Assembly (NCBI GenBank): GCA_049517335.1 | Contig: JBEKSD010000001.1 | Location: forward strand, 64,001 to 128,000 | Length of the DNA: 64,000 bases | DNA from: Candidatus Omnitrophota bacterium | GTDB lineage: Bacteria; Omnitrophota; Gorgyraeia; Gygaellales; Profunditerraquicolaceae | Direction: 5' to 3' | Part shown: positions 20,763 through 31,363 of the stretch, one piece after another | Numbering within the stretch: the stretch's first letter is position 1 | Layout: each line of letters begins with the position of its first letter | Notes under the pieces: generated by a model | The model's input: only the letters and a program-made list of their open reading frames with translations | What the model was told of the DNA's origin: nothing | The model's database searches: none | Translations under genes and position numbers: made by a program

Positions 20763-20798
20763 GTTACGGATTCATTTAAGAAAGGAAACAAAGTTAGC

Positions 20799-21677
20799 AT
20801 GAAAATTTCAGTTAAGAAACTCGATGACAATAAGAGGGAAATTATTGTTGAAGCAGGTGACGATATCGTCAAGAATAAATTTGAGGATGTTTTCAAAAAG
20901 ATAACTCAGGAAGCGAAGGTTCCCGGTTTCCGGCCGGGACACGCGCCGCGTGATTTAGTGGAAAAACATTATGGTTCTGCCGTGCACGAGCAGGTTCTAA
21001 AGGAGCTGGTGCCCGATATCTATAATCAGGCAATTGATAAGGAGGGCTTGGACGTCATTGAGCTACCCCAGATTACAGACGTAAAACTTAACCGCGAAAG
21101 CCTTATCTTAAAAGCAACGGTTGAGGTGAGTCCGGAAATAGAGGTAAAGAATTATAAGGGCATAAAAATTGATTACAGGAAAGTTGAGGTAACTGCCGAT
21201 GACATTAAGCGCAGCATTGATTCGGTAAAAGAATCCCGCAAGCTTGAGAAAGCGGATGAGAGCTTCGCAAAGACGTTAGGTTACCCCAGCATGCAAGAGT
21301 TGGAGAAAACTTTTGAGAAACAGATATACCTGCATAAAGAGAATCAGGAACGCCAGAGGATAGAGAATGAGATAATCTTAAATATAAGTAAGGGGTTGGA
21401 TTTTAAAGTCCCACAGTTACTGGTTGAGCGCCAGCTGCAGGATATGCTCAGGCAGACCAAGGTGGATTTAGCCATAAAAGGCGTAGCGCGCGAGAAGATA
21501 GAAGAGCAGGAAAAAACCATGCTCTCTGAGCTTGAGCCTGAGGCAAGGAATCAGGTCAAGATTTACCTTATATTATCGGCGATTGCTAAAAAAGAAAATA
21601 TTACTTTGGACGACCATATGCCGCGTCATGTCATGGAGTTCCTGTTAAGGGAAGCGGACTGGAAAGAAGCAGCTTAA
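20799..21677 (+). CDS. tig: Trigger factor, short form lacking FKBP domain
   Basis: [10 protein letters not shown] ribosome-binding loop; upstream of clpP; only 292 aa. Confidence 0.9.
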   Translation: MKISVKKLDDNKREIIVEAGDDIVKNKFEDVFKKITQEAKVPGFRPGHAPRDLVEKHYGSAVHEQVLKELVPDIYNQAIDKEGLDVIELPQITDVKLNRESLILKATVEVSPEIEVKNYKGIKIDYRKVEVTADDIKRSIDSVKESRKLEKADESFAKTLGYPSMQELEKTFEKQIYLHKENQERQRIENEIILNISKGLDFKVPQLLVERQLQDMLRQTKVDLAIKGVAREKIEEQEKTMLSELEPEARNQVKIYLILSAIAKKENITLDDHMPRHVMEFLLREADWKEAA

Positions 21678-21691
21678 AACGGAGGTGTGAT

Positions 21692-22300
21692 ATGAGCATT
21701 AAGGCCCAAACATTAGTTCCCATGGTTATAGAGCAGACTTCCCGGGGTTACGAACGCGCCTATGATATTTATTCGCGCTTACTTAAAGACCGCATCGTAT
21801 TCATTGGTACTCCTATTGATGATTATGTTGCCAACCTCATTATTGCGCAATTATTGTTCTTGCAAATGGAAGAGGTAAGTAAGGATATCGCGGTTTATAT
21901 CAATTCTCCGGGAGGCTCGGTAACCGCAGGCCTTGCAATTTATGACACCATACAGTTTGTCAAATGTGATGTGGCAACTTACTGCGTGGGCCAGGCATCA
22001 AGCATGGGGGCAATACTGCTTGCCGCGGGCGTTAAAGGAAAGAGGCATGCGCTTCCCAATTCAAGGATCATGATCCACCAGCCTTGGGGCGGGGTGCAGG
22101 GCGCTGCCGAAGATATCTCGCGCCATGCCAAAGAAATATTAAAGATGCGCGACAGGATAAATGAAATATTGGCAAAACATACCGGAAACCCGCTGGAGAA
22201 GATTGAAAAGGACACTGACCGCGATTATTTTATGTCGGCGGAAGAGGCAAAAGAATACGGTTTGATTGACGAAGTAATTATAGAGCAGAAAAAGAAGTAG
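21692..22300 (+). CDS. clpP: ATP-dependent Clp protease proteolytic subunit
   Basis: DIYSRLL, INSPGG, ASSMG, MIHQP and DRD motifs. Confidence 0.97.
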   Translation: MSIKAQTLVPMVIEQTSRGYERAYDIYSRLLKDRIVFIGTPIDDYVANLIIAQLLFLQMEEVSKDIAVYINSPGGSVTAGLAIYDTIQFVKCDVATYCVGQASSMGAILLAAGVKGKRHALPNSRIMIHQPWGGVQGAAEDISRHAKEILKMRDRINEILAKHTGNPLEKIEKDTDRDYFMSAEEAKEYGLIDEVIIEQKKK

Positions 22301-22350
22301 ATAATATTAGTGACGAATTTCAAAATAAAGGTTTTGTAGGAGGATATCTA

Positions 22351-23487
22351 ATGAAGAAGAATTACTTACTTACGCCCGGGCCCACGCCGTTGCCGCCGCA
22401 GGTTTTGGAGGCAATGAGCAGGCCGATTATACACCACCGCACCCCGCAATTTCAGGAGATACTTAAGGAAGCGACTGAGGGCTTAAAATACGTATATCAG
22501 ACTAAGAATGACGTCTTTATACTTACTTCTTCCGGAACGGGAGCAATGGAAGCAGCGGTGGTAAATCTTCTTTCTCCTCAGGATATCGCTTTAGTTGTAC
22601 AGGGCGGTAAATTCGGCGAGAGATGGGCTGAGATTTGTAAGGCCTTCGGTATTAATACCGATATAATTAACGTGGAGTGGGGGAAAGCCGTAGAGCCGAA
22701 AGAGATAGCTGCCAAGCTTAAAAACAATCCAAAGATTAAAGCCGTATTTACTACCCTTTGCGAAACCTCAACCGGCGTAAATAACGATATTGAAGCAATC
22801 GGCAAGGTTGTGGCTGGTTCCGAGGCAGCCTTAGTTGTTGATGCCATAAGCGGTTTAGGCGCAATTGACTTAAAAACCGATGCCTGGTCGTGTGACGTTG
22901 TTGTTTCTGGCTCCCAGAAGGGCTTTATGCTGCCTCCGGGGTTGGGTTTTATTTCGGTGAGCGCAAAAGCGTGGAAATTAATTGAAGACTCAAAAAGCCC
23001 TCGTTATTACCTTGATTTAAGGAAAACAAAAAAAGCTATTGAGAAGACCGATACGCCGTTTACTCCTGCGATAACGCTGGTTATCGCGCTTGTTGAAGTG
23101 CTGAAGATGATTAAGCAAGACGGACTGGAGAATGTATTTAACCGGCATGAAAGAATGGCTCAAGCAGTAAGAGCGGCAATGAAGGGGCTGGGTTTGGAAT
23201 TATTCGCGCCTAGTGCCGCATCCGGTGCTGTCACCGCAGTCAAGGTTCCTGCGGGCCTTGACGCTGAAAAACTGGTCAAAACCATGCGCGATACTTACGG
23301 GGTCACCATTGCCGGCGGGCAGGATGAATTGAGGGGTAAGGTTTTCCGCATCGCGCATATGGGTTTTATCGGAGAGTTCGATATTATCACAGTTATATCG
23401 TGTTTAGAGAAAGTTTTGCAGCAGATGGGCTATAAGTTCGTTTTAGGTGAAGGCGTAAGAGCAGCGGAAGAAGTATTTTTAAGATAA
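22351..23487 (+). CDS. Class V PLP aminotransferase (AGT/serine-pyruvate type; likely phosphoserine aminotransferase role)
   Basis: LTPGPT, VDAIS, GSQKG and RIAHMG motifs; adjacent to serA. Confidence 0.88.
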   Translation: MKKNYLLTPGPTPLPPQVLEAMSRPIIHHRTPQFQEILKEATEGLKYVYQTKNDVFILTSSGTGAMEAAVVNLLSPQDIALVVQGGKFGERWAEICKAFGINTDIINVEWGKAVEPKEIAAKLKNNPKIKAVFTTLCETSTGVNNDIEAIGKVVAGSEAALVVDAISGLGAIDLKTDAWSCDVVVSGSQKGFMLPPGLGFISVSAKAWKLIEDSKSPRYYLDLRKTKKAIEKTDTPFTPAITLVIALVEVLKMIKQDGLENVFNRHERMAQAVRAAMKGLGLELFAPSAASGAVTAVKVPAGLDAEKLVKTMRDTYGVTIAGGQDELRGKVFRIAHMGFIGEFDIITVISCLEKVLQQMGYKFVLGEGVRAAEEVFLR

Positions 23488-23497
23488 GGAGTCAGAA

Positions 23498-25084
23498 ATG
23501 TTCAAGATATTAGTCAGTGATCCCCTTTCGGAAGAGGGGTTAAAAATCCTAAAAGAGGTAAAAGAATTTCAGGTTGATGTCAAGACCGACCTTAAACCGG
23601 ATTCCTTAAAAGAAGCAATCAGGGACTACGATGCCCTTGTTGTGCGTTCCGCAACCAAAGTTACCAAGGAGATCATCGCGGAGGCGGGAAAATTAAAAGT
23701 AATCGGTCGCGCGGGAGTAGGGTTGGATAATGTTGATTTGGAAGCGGCAACTACCAAGGGTATTATTGTCATGAATACTCCGGGTGGAAATACAATTTCA
23801 ACCGCGGAGCATACCATGAGCATGATTCTTTCGCTTTCGCGCAATATACCGCAGGCGAACAGTTCTACAAAAAAGGGCGAATGGAAACGTTCAAAATTTA
23901 TGGGTGTTGAGCTTTACGGTAAAACGCTCGGCATAGCCGGTTTCGGCAGGATTGGTTCGGAAGTCGCCAAAAGGGCGCTTTCATTCGGAATGAGGGTTTT
24001 GGCGTTTGACCCCTTTTTATCGCGTGAAGTCGCACAGGCAATAGGTGTTGAGGTTGTAGAGTTAAAAGATATACTGGAGAGTGCGGATTATATCACCGTG
24101 CATACTCCCCTGACCGAAGAAACCAAACACATGATTTCTAAGAAAGAATTCGCCGCAATGAAAAAGGGCGTGCGTATCGTAAACTGCGCAAGAGGCGGGA
24201 TTATTGACGAAGTAGCCTTGATTGCGGCCATTAAAGAAGGTAAAGTTGCCGGAGCAGCGCTTGACGTCTTTGAACAGGAACCGGTATCACCGGAAAATGA
24301 ATTGTTAAAACTGGAAAATGTAATCGTTGCGCCGCACTTGGGCGCTTCTACGGAAGAAGCACAGGTGAATGTGGCCATAGAAGTTGCGGAAATTGTCCGT
24401 GACGCTTTGCTTGGGAGAGGCATCCGCAATGCCGCAAATTACCCCTGCCTTAAGGCGGAAGTCTGCAAGATCATAGAGCCTTATATTAATCTGGCTGAGA
24501 AAATCGGCGCGTTCGCAAGCCAGCTGGCTGAAGGAAGGACGCAGGAATTGAATATTACTTACGGCGGAGATATTATCCAGTATGATTTAAGCAGCCTGAC
24601 TCTGGCTATCGTCAAAGGAGTACTCTATCCGATTATGCAGGAGACGGTAAATTTTGTCAACGCCGTGGCCTTAGCCAAAGAAAGAGGCATTAAGATAAAT
24701 GAAGTAAAATCTTCCAAGGAAGAAGAATTCGTCAACCTCATACAGCTAGAGATTAAGACCGACAAAGAGGCGCGAAAAATACTCGGCACTCTTTCTTCCA
24801 ATAAGCAGCCGCGTATCGTTAAAATTGACGAATACTATCTGGACCTTTCGCCCGTGGGGGTAATGATATTTATCCGGAACTGGGATAAACCGGGCTTAAT
24901 CGGCAGCCTCGGTACGTTCTTGGGTAAACAGAACATCAATATCGCGACGATGACTTTTGGCCGCGATAAGCCGGGAGGAAGAGCAATCAGCGTTTTGAAC
25001 GTGGACAGCCCTATCCCGTCTGCCATGCAGGAGCAAATCCGGAAATTAGAGAATATTCTGACGGTAAAAGTAATTAAGGCATGA
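23498..25084 (+). CDS. serA: D-3-phosphoglycerate dehydrogenase
   Basis: RAGVGLDNVD, GFGRIG and PHLGAST motifs; C-terminal ACT domain (DKPG). Confidence 0.96.
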   Translation: MFKILVSDPLSEEGLKILKEVKEFQVDVKTDLKPDSLKEAIRDYDALVVRSATKVTKEIIAEAGKLKVIGRAGVGLDNVDLEAATTKGIIVMNTPGGNTISTAEHTMSMILSLSRNIPQANSSTKKGEWKRSKFMGVELYGKTLGIAGFGRIGSEVAKRALSFGMRVLAFDPFLSREVAQAIGVEVVELKDILESADYITVHTPLTEETKHMISKKEFAAMKKGVRIVNCARGGIIDEVALIAAIKEGKVAGAALDVFEQEPVSPENELLKLENVIVAPHLGASTEEAQVNVAIEVAEIVRDALLGRGIRNAANYPCLKAEVCKIIEPYINLAEKIGAFASQLAEGRTQELNITYGGDIIQYDLSSLTLAIVKGVLYPIMQETVNFVNAVALAKERGIKINEVKSSKEEEFVNLIQLEIKTDKEARKILGTLSSNKQPRIVKIDEYYLDLSPVGVMIFIRNWDKPGLIGSLGTFLGKQNINIATMTFGRDKPGGRAISVLNVDSPIPSAMQEQIRKLENILTVKVIKA

Positions 25085-26835
25085 AGATTGATTTTAAGAT
25101 TTTAATTTTACTTCTTACGGTGTTTGGATTTACCTTTCGCGCATACGCAGGTTCAAACACTAAAGAGATCACTTTAATATATACCGGGGAAACGCACGGT
25201 ATGATTTATCCCTGTAACTGCCCTATTGAACCTGACGGCGGAGTAGCGCGCAGGGCTACGCTTGTAAAGCAGCTTAGGCTAGAATACCCGGCATCTTTGC
25301 TTCTTTCTACGGGCGGTTTCTTTGCCGCCGGGCCCCTGGATCAGTATTCCCAGAATGCCGAACTGGATAAGCAGCGCACCCTGGTAAATTTAGCCGCAAT
25401 GGAAGAGATGAAATATGACGCGGTGGCAGTGGGGGATGATGAGTTTAATTTCGGTAAAGCCTTTCTCTCGGATAATATCGCAAAGAGCAGCCTTCGTTTC
25501 CTCTCGGCTAATATTAAAATGCAAAAAGCCGCGCCTTATATCATAAAAGAAACCGCCGGGCTTAAAATAGGCATTACTGCAGTAACTTCTCCTAAAGCCG
25601 GGCAAAAAACAGAAGGCCTTGAGATTTTTAACCCTAAAGAAGCGGTTATTCAGGCAGTAAAAGAACTAAAAGCCAAAGGCGCAAATATAATTATCCTCTT
25701 AAGCAATTTAGGGGAAGATGAAGACACAAGGTTAGTTCAGGATGTTTCGGGAATAGATATCGTAATCACGGGGCGCGCTCTTATTAATAGCGAAGAATTG
25801 TCCCTAAAAAAAGGGGATACTTTATTTTTAAGGACCAGTTGGCAGGGTAGAAAATTGAATAAAGCGGTTTTAAGCATAGAAGATAACAAAATAGCGGATT
25901 ATAAAGCCGAAGGCATACGCCTGGAAAAAGGGATTGTCGATGATCCGGATATCCTAAAAATCCTTCCCCGTTGTTTCTCCGATACTAATTGCAGGAAAGA
26001 AAGCCTCATAGGAGTCTGCCGGAATGCGGGCAGCATGAATGCTTCCTGTATGTTCAGCGAGCCAAAAAGGATCGGCCTTACGGTAATTACTTCAAAGGCA
26101 TGCACTACCTGTAAGGCGGAGAGCTTTGTTAATTATCTTAAAAAACTGTTTCCCGGGCTGCAAACTATTTATTTGTATTACCCTGACCCTGACAGCGAAG
26201 CCAAAGATATTATTAAGAAATTCAATCTGGATGCGCTCCCTCTTTATTTTCTGGAAAGGGCCGCGGAAAATGAGAAGAATTTCAGCATAATAAAGGATCT
26301 GGTTGAATTAAAGGGCGATAATTACCTGATCAAAGCGCAGCTGGCAGGGGTGGGTTATTTCATAAACAGGGATAAGACTAAAGGTACATTGGATGTTTTT
26401 TTAAGCCTTTTTGAAAATAATACGCTGGCGGTATTAAACGCATTAAGAGAGTTTGACCCTAAAGTCCACTTCCTTGTTACTTATGCCGACGGAGCTTTTG
26501 ACGCGCTTAAAGGCAGCATGGAGGTTGAGGAGGATTTACGGGCAGTGTGCGTGCAGAAATATTATCCGGAAAAATTCTGGGATTATCTTGTCTGCCGCGC
26601 AAACAATATTAACAGTTCATGGTGGGATGATTGCTTAGGGAAAAGGGCGGATATTAATAAGATAAAAACGTGCGCCCGAGGGCCTGAGGGGAAAAAATTA
26701 CTGGAAGAGAATTCTAAAATTAACAAAGAATTACGCGTAATGACGGGAACAGCGTACCTTGTGGATAATGTAGAAATATTCGCTTCGGAAGGCGCGCCTT
26801 CAAAAGAATTGTTGAAAAAAATACTCAAGAGGTGA
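25081..26835 (+). CDS. Exported protein: degenerate 5'-nucleotidase/metallophosphoesterase N-domain plus Cys-rich thioredoxin/DsbA-like C-region
   Basis: Signal peptide; YTGETHG-PCNC-GGVARR; YDAVAVGDDEF; FLSANI; later CTTC and CVQKYYPEKFWDYLVC. Confidence 0.65.
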   Translation: MKIDFKILILLLTVFGFTFRAYAGSNTKEITLIYTGETHGMIYPCNCPIEPDGGVARRATLVKQLRLEYPASLLLSTGGFFAAGPLDQYSQNAELDKQRTLVNLAAMEEMKYDAVAVGDDEFNFGKAFLSDNIAKSSLRFLSANIKMQKAAPYIIKETAGLKIGITAVTSPKAGQKTEGLEIFNPKEAVIQAVKELKAKGANIIILLSNLGEDEDTRLVQDVSGIDIVITGRALINSEELSLKKGDTLFLRTSWQGRKLNKAVLSIEDNKIADYKAEGIRLEKGIVDDPDILKILPRCFSDTNCRKESLIGVCRNAGSMNASCMFSEPKRIGLTVITSKACTTCKAESFVNYLKKLFPGLQTIYLYYPDPDSEAKDIIKKFNLDALPLYFLERAAENEKNFSIIKDLVELKGDNYLIKAQLAGVGYFINRDKTKGTLDVFLSLFENNTLAVLNALREFDPKVHFLVTYADGAFDALKGSMEVEEDLRAVCVQKYYPEKFWDYLVCRANNINSSWWDDCLGKRADINKIKTCARGPEGKKLLEENSKINKELRVMTGTAYLVDNVEIFASEGAPSKELLKKILKR

Positions 26836-26838
26836 AAT

Positions 26839-28077
26839 ATGCCAGAGAAAAATAAAATTTATATCATTGACGTAACTAACCGTGACGGAGTGCAGACTTC
26901 GCGCATATGCCTTTCTAAATTACAGAAGACAATGATCAATCTCTATCTGAATGAGATGGGGATATACCAATCGGAGTTTGGTTTCCCCATTACCCGTCAT
27001 GAGACAAATTACTTGAACGCCAACCTTGAATTGGTAAAGAAGGGCGTACTTTCACCGATAAGGTTAGGCGGGTGGATCAGGGCTACAAAAGATGACGTAA
27101 AGGCGTCTTTTAAGTTCGTGCCGCAGATAAAACACCTGAACCTTTCCATATCTACCTCTGACCAGATGATTATTCATAAATTCAAGGGTAAGCTTGACCA
27201 CTCTTCGGTAATAAAGGAGATGGTTGAAGCGGTGCATGAGGCCAGAAAACTGGGGGCGGAATCTTTGGGCGTGAACGCGGAAGATGCCTCGCGGACCAAA
27301 ATGGATTATCTGATTGAATTTGCCTGCGCCGCAAAAGAGGCCGGGGCGGATAGGGTTCGTTACTGCGACACCTTAGGCTGTGATACGCCGTTTTCAATTT
27401 ATGAAAGGATTAAACTTCTGGCAGAGGCTGTGAAGATATCTATTGAGGTGCACTGCCATAACGACTTAGGGCTGGTTGTGGCGAATTCAATTGCCGGCGC
27501 AAGGGCCGCTAATGACGCAGGATGCGATGCTTTTATTAACACCTGCGTTAACGGTATGGGCGAGCGCGCGGGAAACGCGGATTTAGTTTCGGTTATACTT
27601 GCCTTAAAATACGGTAGCGGCATGCAGGACTATGAACTTGGCCCAAGGGTGCACTTAAAGATCGCCTGGAAGATATGCAAATATGCTTCTTACGCTTTTG
27701 GTGTGCCCATCCCGATAAACCAGCCGGGCGTGGGTTCAAACGCTTTCGCGCATGAGTCGGGAATTCATGCCGACGGCGCGCTTAAAGACAGGCGCAATTA
27801 TGAGCTTTACGATTATGAGGAGTTAGGAAGAGGCGAGCCGGAAATAATTGAAACCGGGCGTAAGATTACCGCGGGGGAGTATTCGGGGATAAAGGGATTC
27901 CGCAACGTTTATGAAAAACTGGAAGTTACTTTTAAGGATGACGCGGAAGCAACCGAAATCCTTGAGCTGGTCAGGTACGCTAATGTCCATAATCAGAAGC
28001 CGCTGGTAGATGAAGAGCTGAAATTCATAGCAACGCATCCGGATATTGCCCGTAAAATTTTTACAATGACGCCGTAA
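26839..28077 (+). CDS. DRE-TIM metallolyase of the homocitrate synthase/Re-citrate synthase type
   Basis: DVTNRDGVQ, HCHNDLG, GERAGNA and AHESGIH motifs. Confidence 0.85.
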   Translation: MPEKNKIYIIDVTNRDGVQTSRICLSKLQKTMINLYLNEMGIYQSEFGFPITRHETNYLNANLELVKKGVLSPIRLGGWIRATKDDVKASFKFVPQIKHLNLSISTSDQMIIHKFKGKLDHSSVIKEMVEAVHEARKLGAESLGVNAEDASRTKMDYLIEFACAAKEAGADRVRYCDTLGCDTPFSIYERIKLLAEAVKISIEVHCHNDLGLVVANSIAGARAANDAGCDAFINTCVNGMGERAGNADLVSVILALKYGSGMQDYELGPRVHLKIAWKICKYASYAFGVPIPINQPGVGSNAFAHESGIHADGALKDRRNYELYDYEELGRGEPEIIETGRKITAGEYSGIKGFRNVYEKLEVTFKDDAEATEILELVRYANVHNQKPLVDEELKFIATHPDIARKIFTMTP

Positions 28078-28109
28078 TTGAACAGGCAACCGGATAACGG
28101 GAAGACTAA

Positions 28110-29381
<1,272 letters not shown>

Positions 29382-29386
29382 AATCC

Positions 29387-29415
29387 TTGACTATAAATTT
29401 TGCTTGTGTTATAGT
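29387..29415 (+). promoter_or_regulatory. Sigma70-type promoter
   Basis: TTGACT-17 nt-TATAGT with TG extension; AAGGAG SD before the ATG at 29444. Confidence 0.7.
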
Positions 29416-29443
29416 AAAATCTCAAGAAAAAAGGAGAAGTAAA

Positions 29444-30103
29444 ATGAAAAACAAAATCTTTAAAATGACTTTAGCCGCCTTATTGACTTTAAGTTTAGCC
29501 GGCTGCACCTTTATTTTTCAGACAGGCAGGAGATCGGATACGGAGAAGATTAAGCAATTATCAAACCAGCTTGATGATTTAGCTCAGGCTAAAAAATTAC
29601 TGGAAGAGCGCTTAAGCGGTGAAATTCAGGATAAACAGGTAAAATTACAGATGATGGAAAAGGGCCTGGTTATCACTGTCGTAGGAGACCTGTTGTTTAA
29701 TTCAGGCAAGGCTAAGATACGACCCGAAGCTTATCCTCTGCTTAATAAAGTCGCAGCAGTCTTAAAAGAAAATATGGCGCAGTTTCAGGTAGGCATTGAA
29801 GGCCACACCGACAATGTCCCTATTAAGCACTCTGCGTGGAAATCCAATTGGGAACTTTCCAGCGCCAGGGCTTTAAGCGTTTTACATTACCTTATTAATA
29901 AAGAAGATATTTCTCCGGATCGCCTTTCCGCAATCGGTTACGGAGAATTCCAGTCCGTGGCACCAAATGATACAAAAGAAGGCAGACAGTTGAATCGCAG
30001 GGTTGAAATAGTAATCCTGCCTCGGGCTACAAAAGTAAAAAACCCGGTCACGCCGCAACCGGCTGAGAGAGGCTTTTCAGTACCGCAGGAAAATTTAAAA
30101 TAA
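29444..30103 (+). CDS. OmpA/MotB-family peptidoglycan-binding lipoprotein
   Basis: Lipobox LAGC; IEGHTD, NWELSSARA and NRRVEI motifs. Confidence 0.9.
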   Translation: MKNKIFKMTLAALLTLSLAGCTFIFQTGRRSDTEKIKQLSNQLDDLAQAKKLLEERLSGEIQDKQVKLQMMEKGLVITVVGDLLFNSGKAKIRPEAYPLLNKVAAVLKENMAQFQVGIEGHTDNVPIKHSAWKSNWELSSARALSVLHYLINKEDISPDRLSAIGYGEFQSVAPNDTKEGRQLNRRVEIVILPRATKVKNPVTPQPAERGFSVPQENLK

Positions 30104-30121
30104 CAGAAAAAGGATATTTTA

Positions 30122-30505
30122 ATGGAAGAAAAAGTTAAGAATAAACTCATCTTCATATTGGCTGTTGTTTGCGTATTGTTTTTAGTTCTCGCGGTAAGCT
30201 CCTGTAACGGCGCTTCGCGCCAAAAACTTGCCCGGGATAAAGAAGTGGCCGCCCGTTTTAATCTGGAAGAGAAAATGAGTAAATTTAGTCAGGAAAAAGC
30301 GGGCTTGGATGCAGAAATCAGAGCGAAAGAAAAGGAGCTCTCCGAAGCGCGCTCTGAATTGGATGCCGTAAAAAAAGCTCTCCAGCAGGAACAGATGGTA
30401 AGCTCAAGCCTGAAAGATGAGCTTGCCACGGTTGTAAAAGTTAAGGAAGGCCTGGAAGCGGAGCTGGAAAATGTCCGGGCTAAGAATAAGAAGACTACAA
30501 GATGA
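30122..30505 (+). CDS. Hypothetical coiled-coil (lipo)protein
   Basis: Hydrophobic N-terminus ending VSSC, followed by heptad-rich helical sequence. Confidence 0.7.
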   Translation: MEEKVKNKLIFILAVVCVLFLVLAVSSCNGASRQKLARDKEVAARFNLEEKMSKFSQEKAGLDAEIRAKEKELSEARSELDAVKKALQQEQMVSSSLKDELATVVKVKEGLEAELENVRAKNKKTTR

Positions 30506-30554
30506 CTTAAAACGCACAAGGGGGAAAAAGAACGGATGAAGTAAGTTCTTTTCT

Positions 30555-30580
30555 AAGGGGGATAACAATCCCCTTTTTTA
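30555..30580 (+). terminator. Intrinsic terminator-like hairpin
   Basis: GGGGAT-AACA-ATCCCC followed by T6. Confidence 0.7.
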
Positions 30581-30597
30581 TTGGCAAGGAGGAACCC

Positions 30598-31347
30598 ATG
30601 AGGGTAAAAAAAATGCTTAAGAAAAAGAAAACGGCTAAGACTAACAAGGCGCTCAGAAACAGGAAGGCAATAAAACGCACCCATAAGAGCCGTAAGGTTC
30701 AGCTTAAAAGAAGAAAACAAATATCTCTTGTCGCAGATGAACTTACGGTTGAAAAAGCTAAATTCTTTCCGCCTCAGCCTGAGGCGCAACCTCCGAAAAA
30801 AGATTTATCCAGCGAGCTTCCTTTTAAATACGGGCAGGATAAGATTACGCTTATGGTCAGGGACCCTTCATGGTTATACGTATGGTGGGAAGTAAAGGAT
30901 TCTACTGTAGCCGGATTTGAGACGAAGTTTAAGGATATTTTCTGGCAGGCCAAAAAAGTATTGCGTGTTTACGACGTCACTGACATTAATTTTAACGGCC
31001 GTAATGCCCACAGGTATTTTGACATTGAAGTAGGCACTTTTATAGGGAACTGGTTTATTGAAATAGGCGGCTCGGGAAGGTCATGGTGCGTGGATTTAGG
31101 GTTATTGTTCCCGGACGGCAGGTTCGTTACTATCCTACGTTCCAATACAGTTGCGACTCCCCCGGATGGTCCATCGGATGTCCTTGATGAAGAATGGATG
31201 ATACCTGATTATATGTTTGCCCGTCTATATGGGATGGGTTTCGGTTTCGGAAAAAGCTCTCCTGTGGGCCAGGGCTGGCAGGAAAGATTCAGACACATCT
31301 TAAGCTCAGGGGTAAGTTCCGGAGCATCCAGTATCCTGAAAAAATAG
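30598..31347 (+). CDS. DUF4912-type protein
   Basis: ELPFKYG...LMVRDPSWLYVWWE, LRVYDVT and RSN motifs; upstream of the GH57 gene. Confidence 0.8.
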   Translation: MRVKKMLKKKKTAKTNKALRNRKAIKRTHKSRKVQLKRRKQISLVADELTVEKAKFFPPQPEAQPPKKDLSSELPFKYGQDKITLMVRDPSWLYVWWEVKDSTVAGFETKFKDIFWQAKKVLRVYDVTDINFNGRNAHRYFDIEVGTFIGNWFIEIGGSGRSWCVDLGLLFPDGRFVTILRSNTVATPPDGPSDVLDEEWMIPDYMFARLYGMGFGFGKSSPVGQGWQERFRHILSSGVSSGASSILKK

Positions 31348-31363
31348 TACTTTGAATATTAAA

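Noticed and set aside
20763-20798. tRNA gene before tig (a common location)
   Set aside because: The spacer is only 36 nt and has no cloverleaf or T-loop motif.
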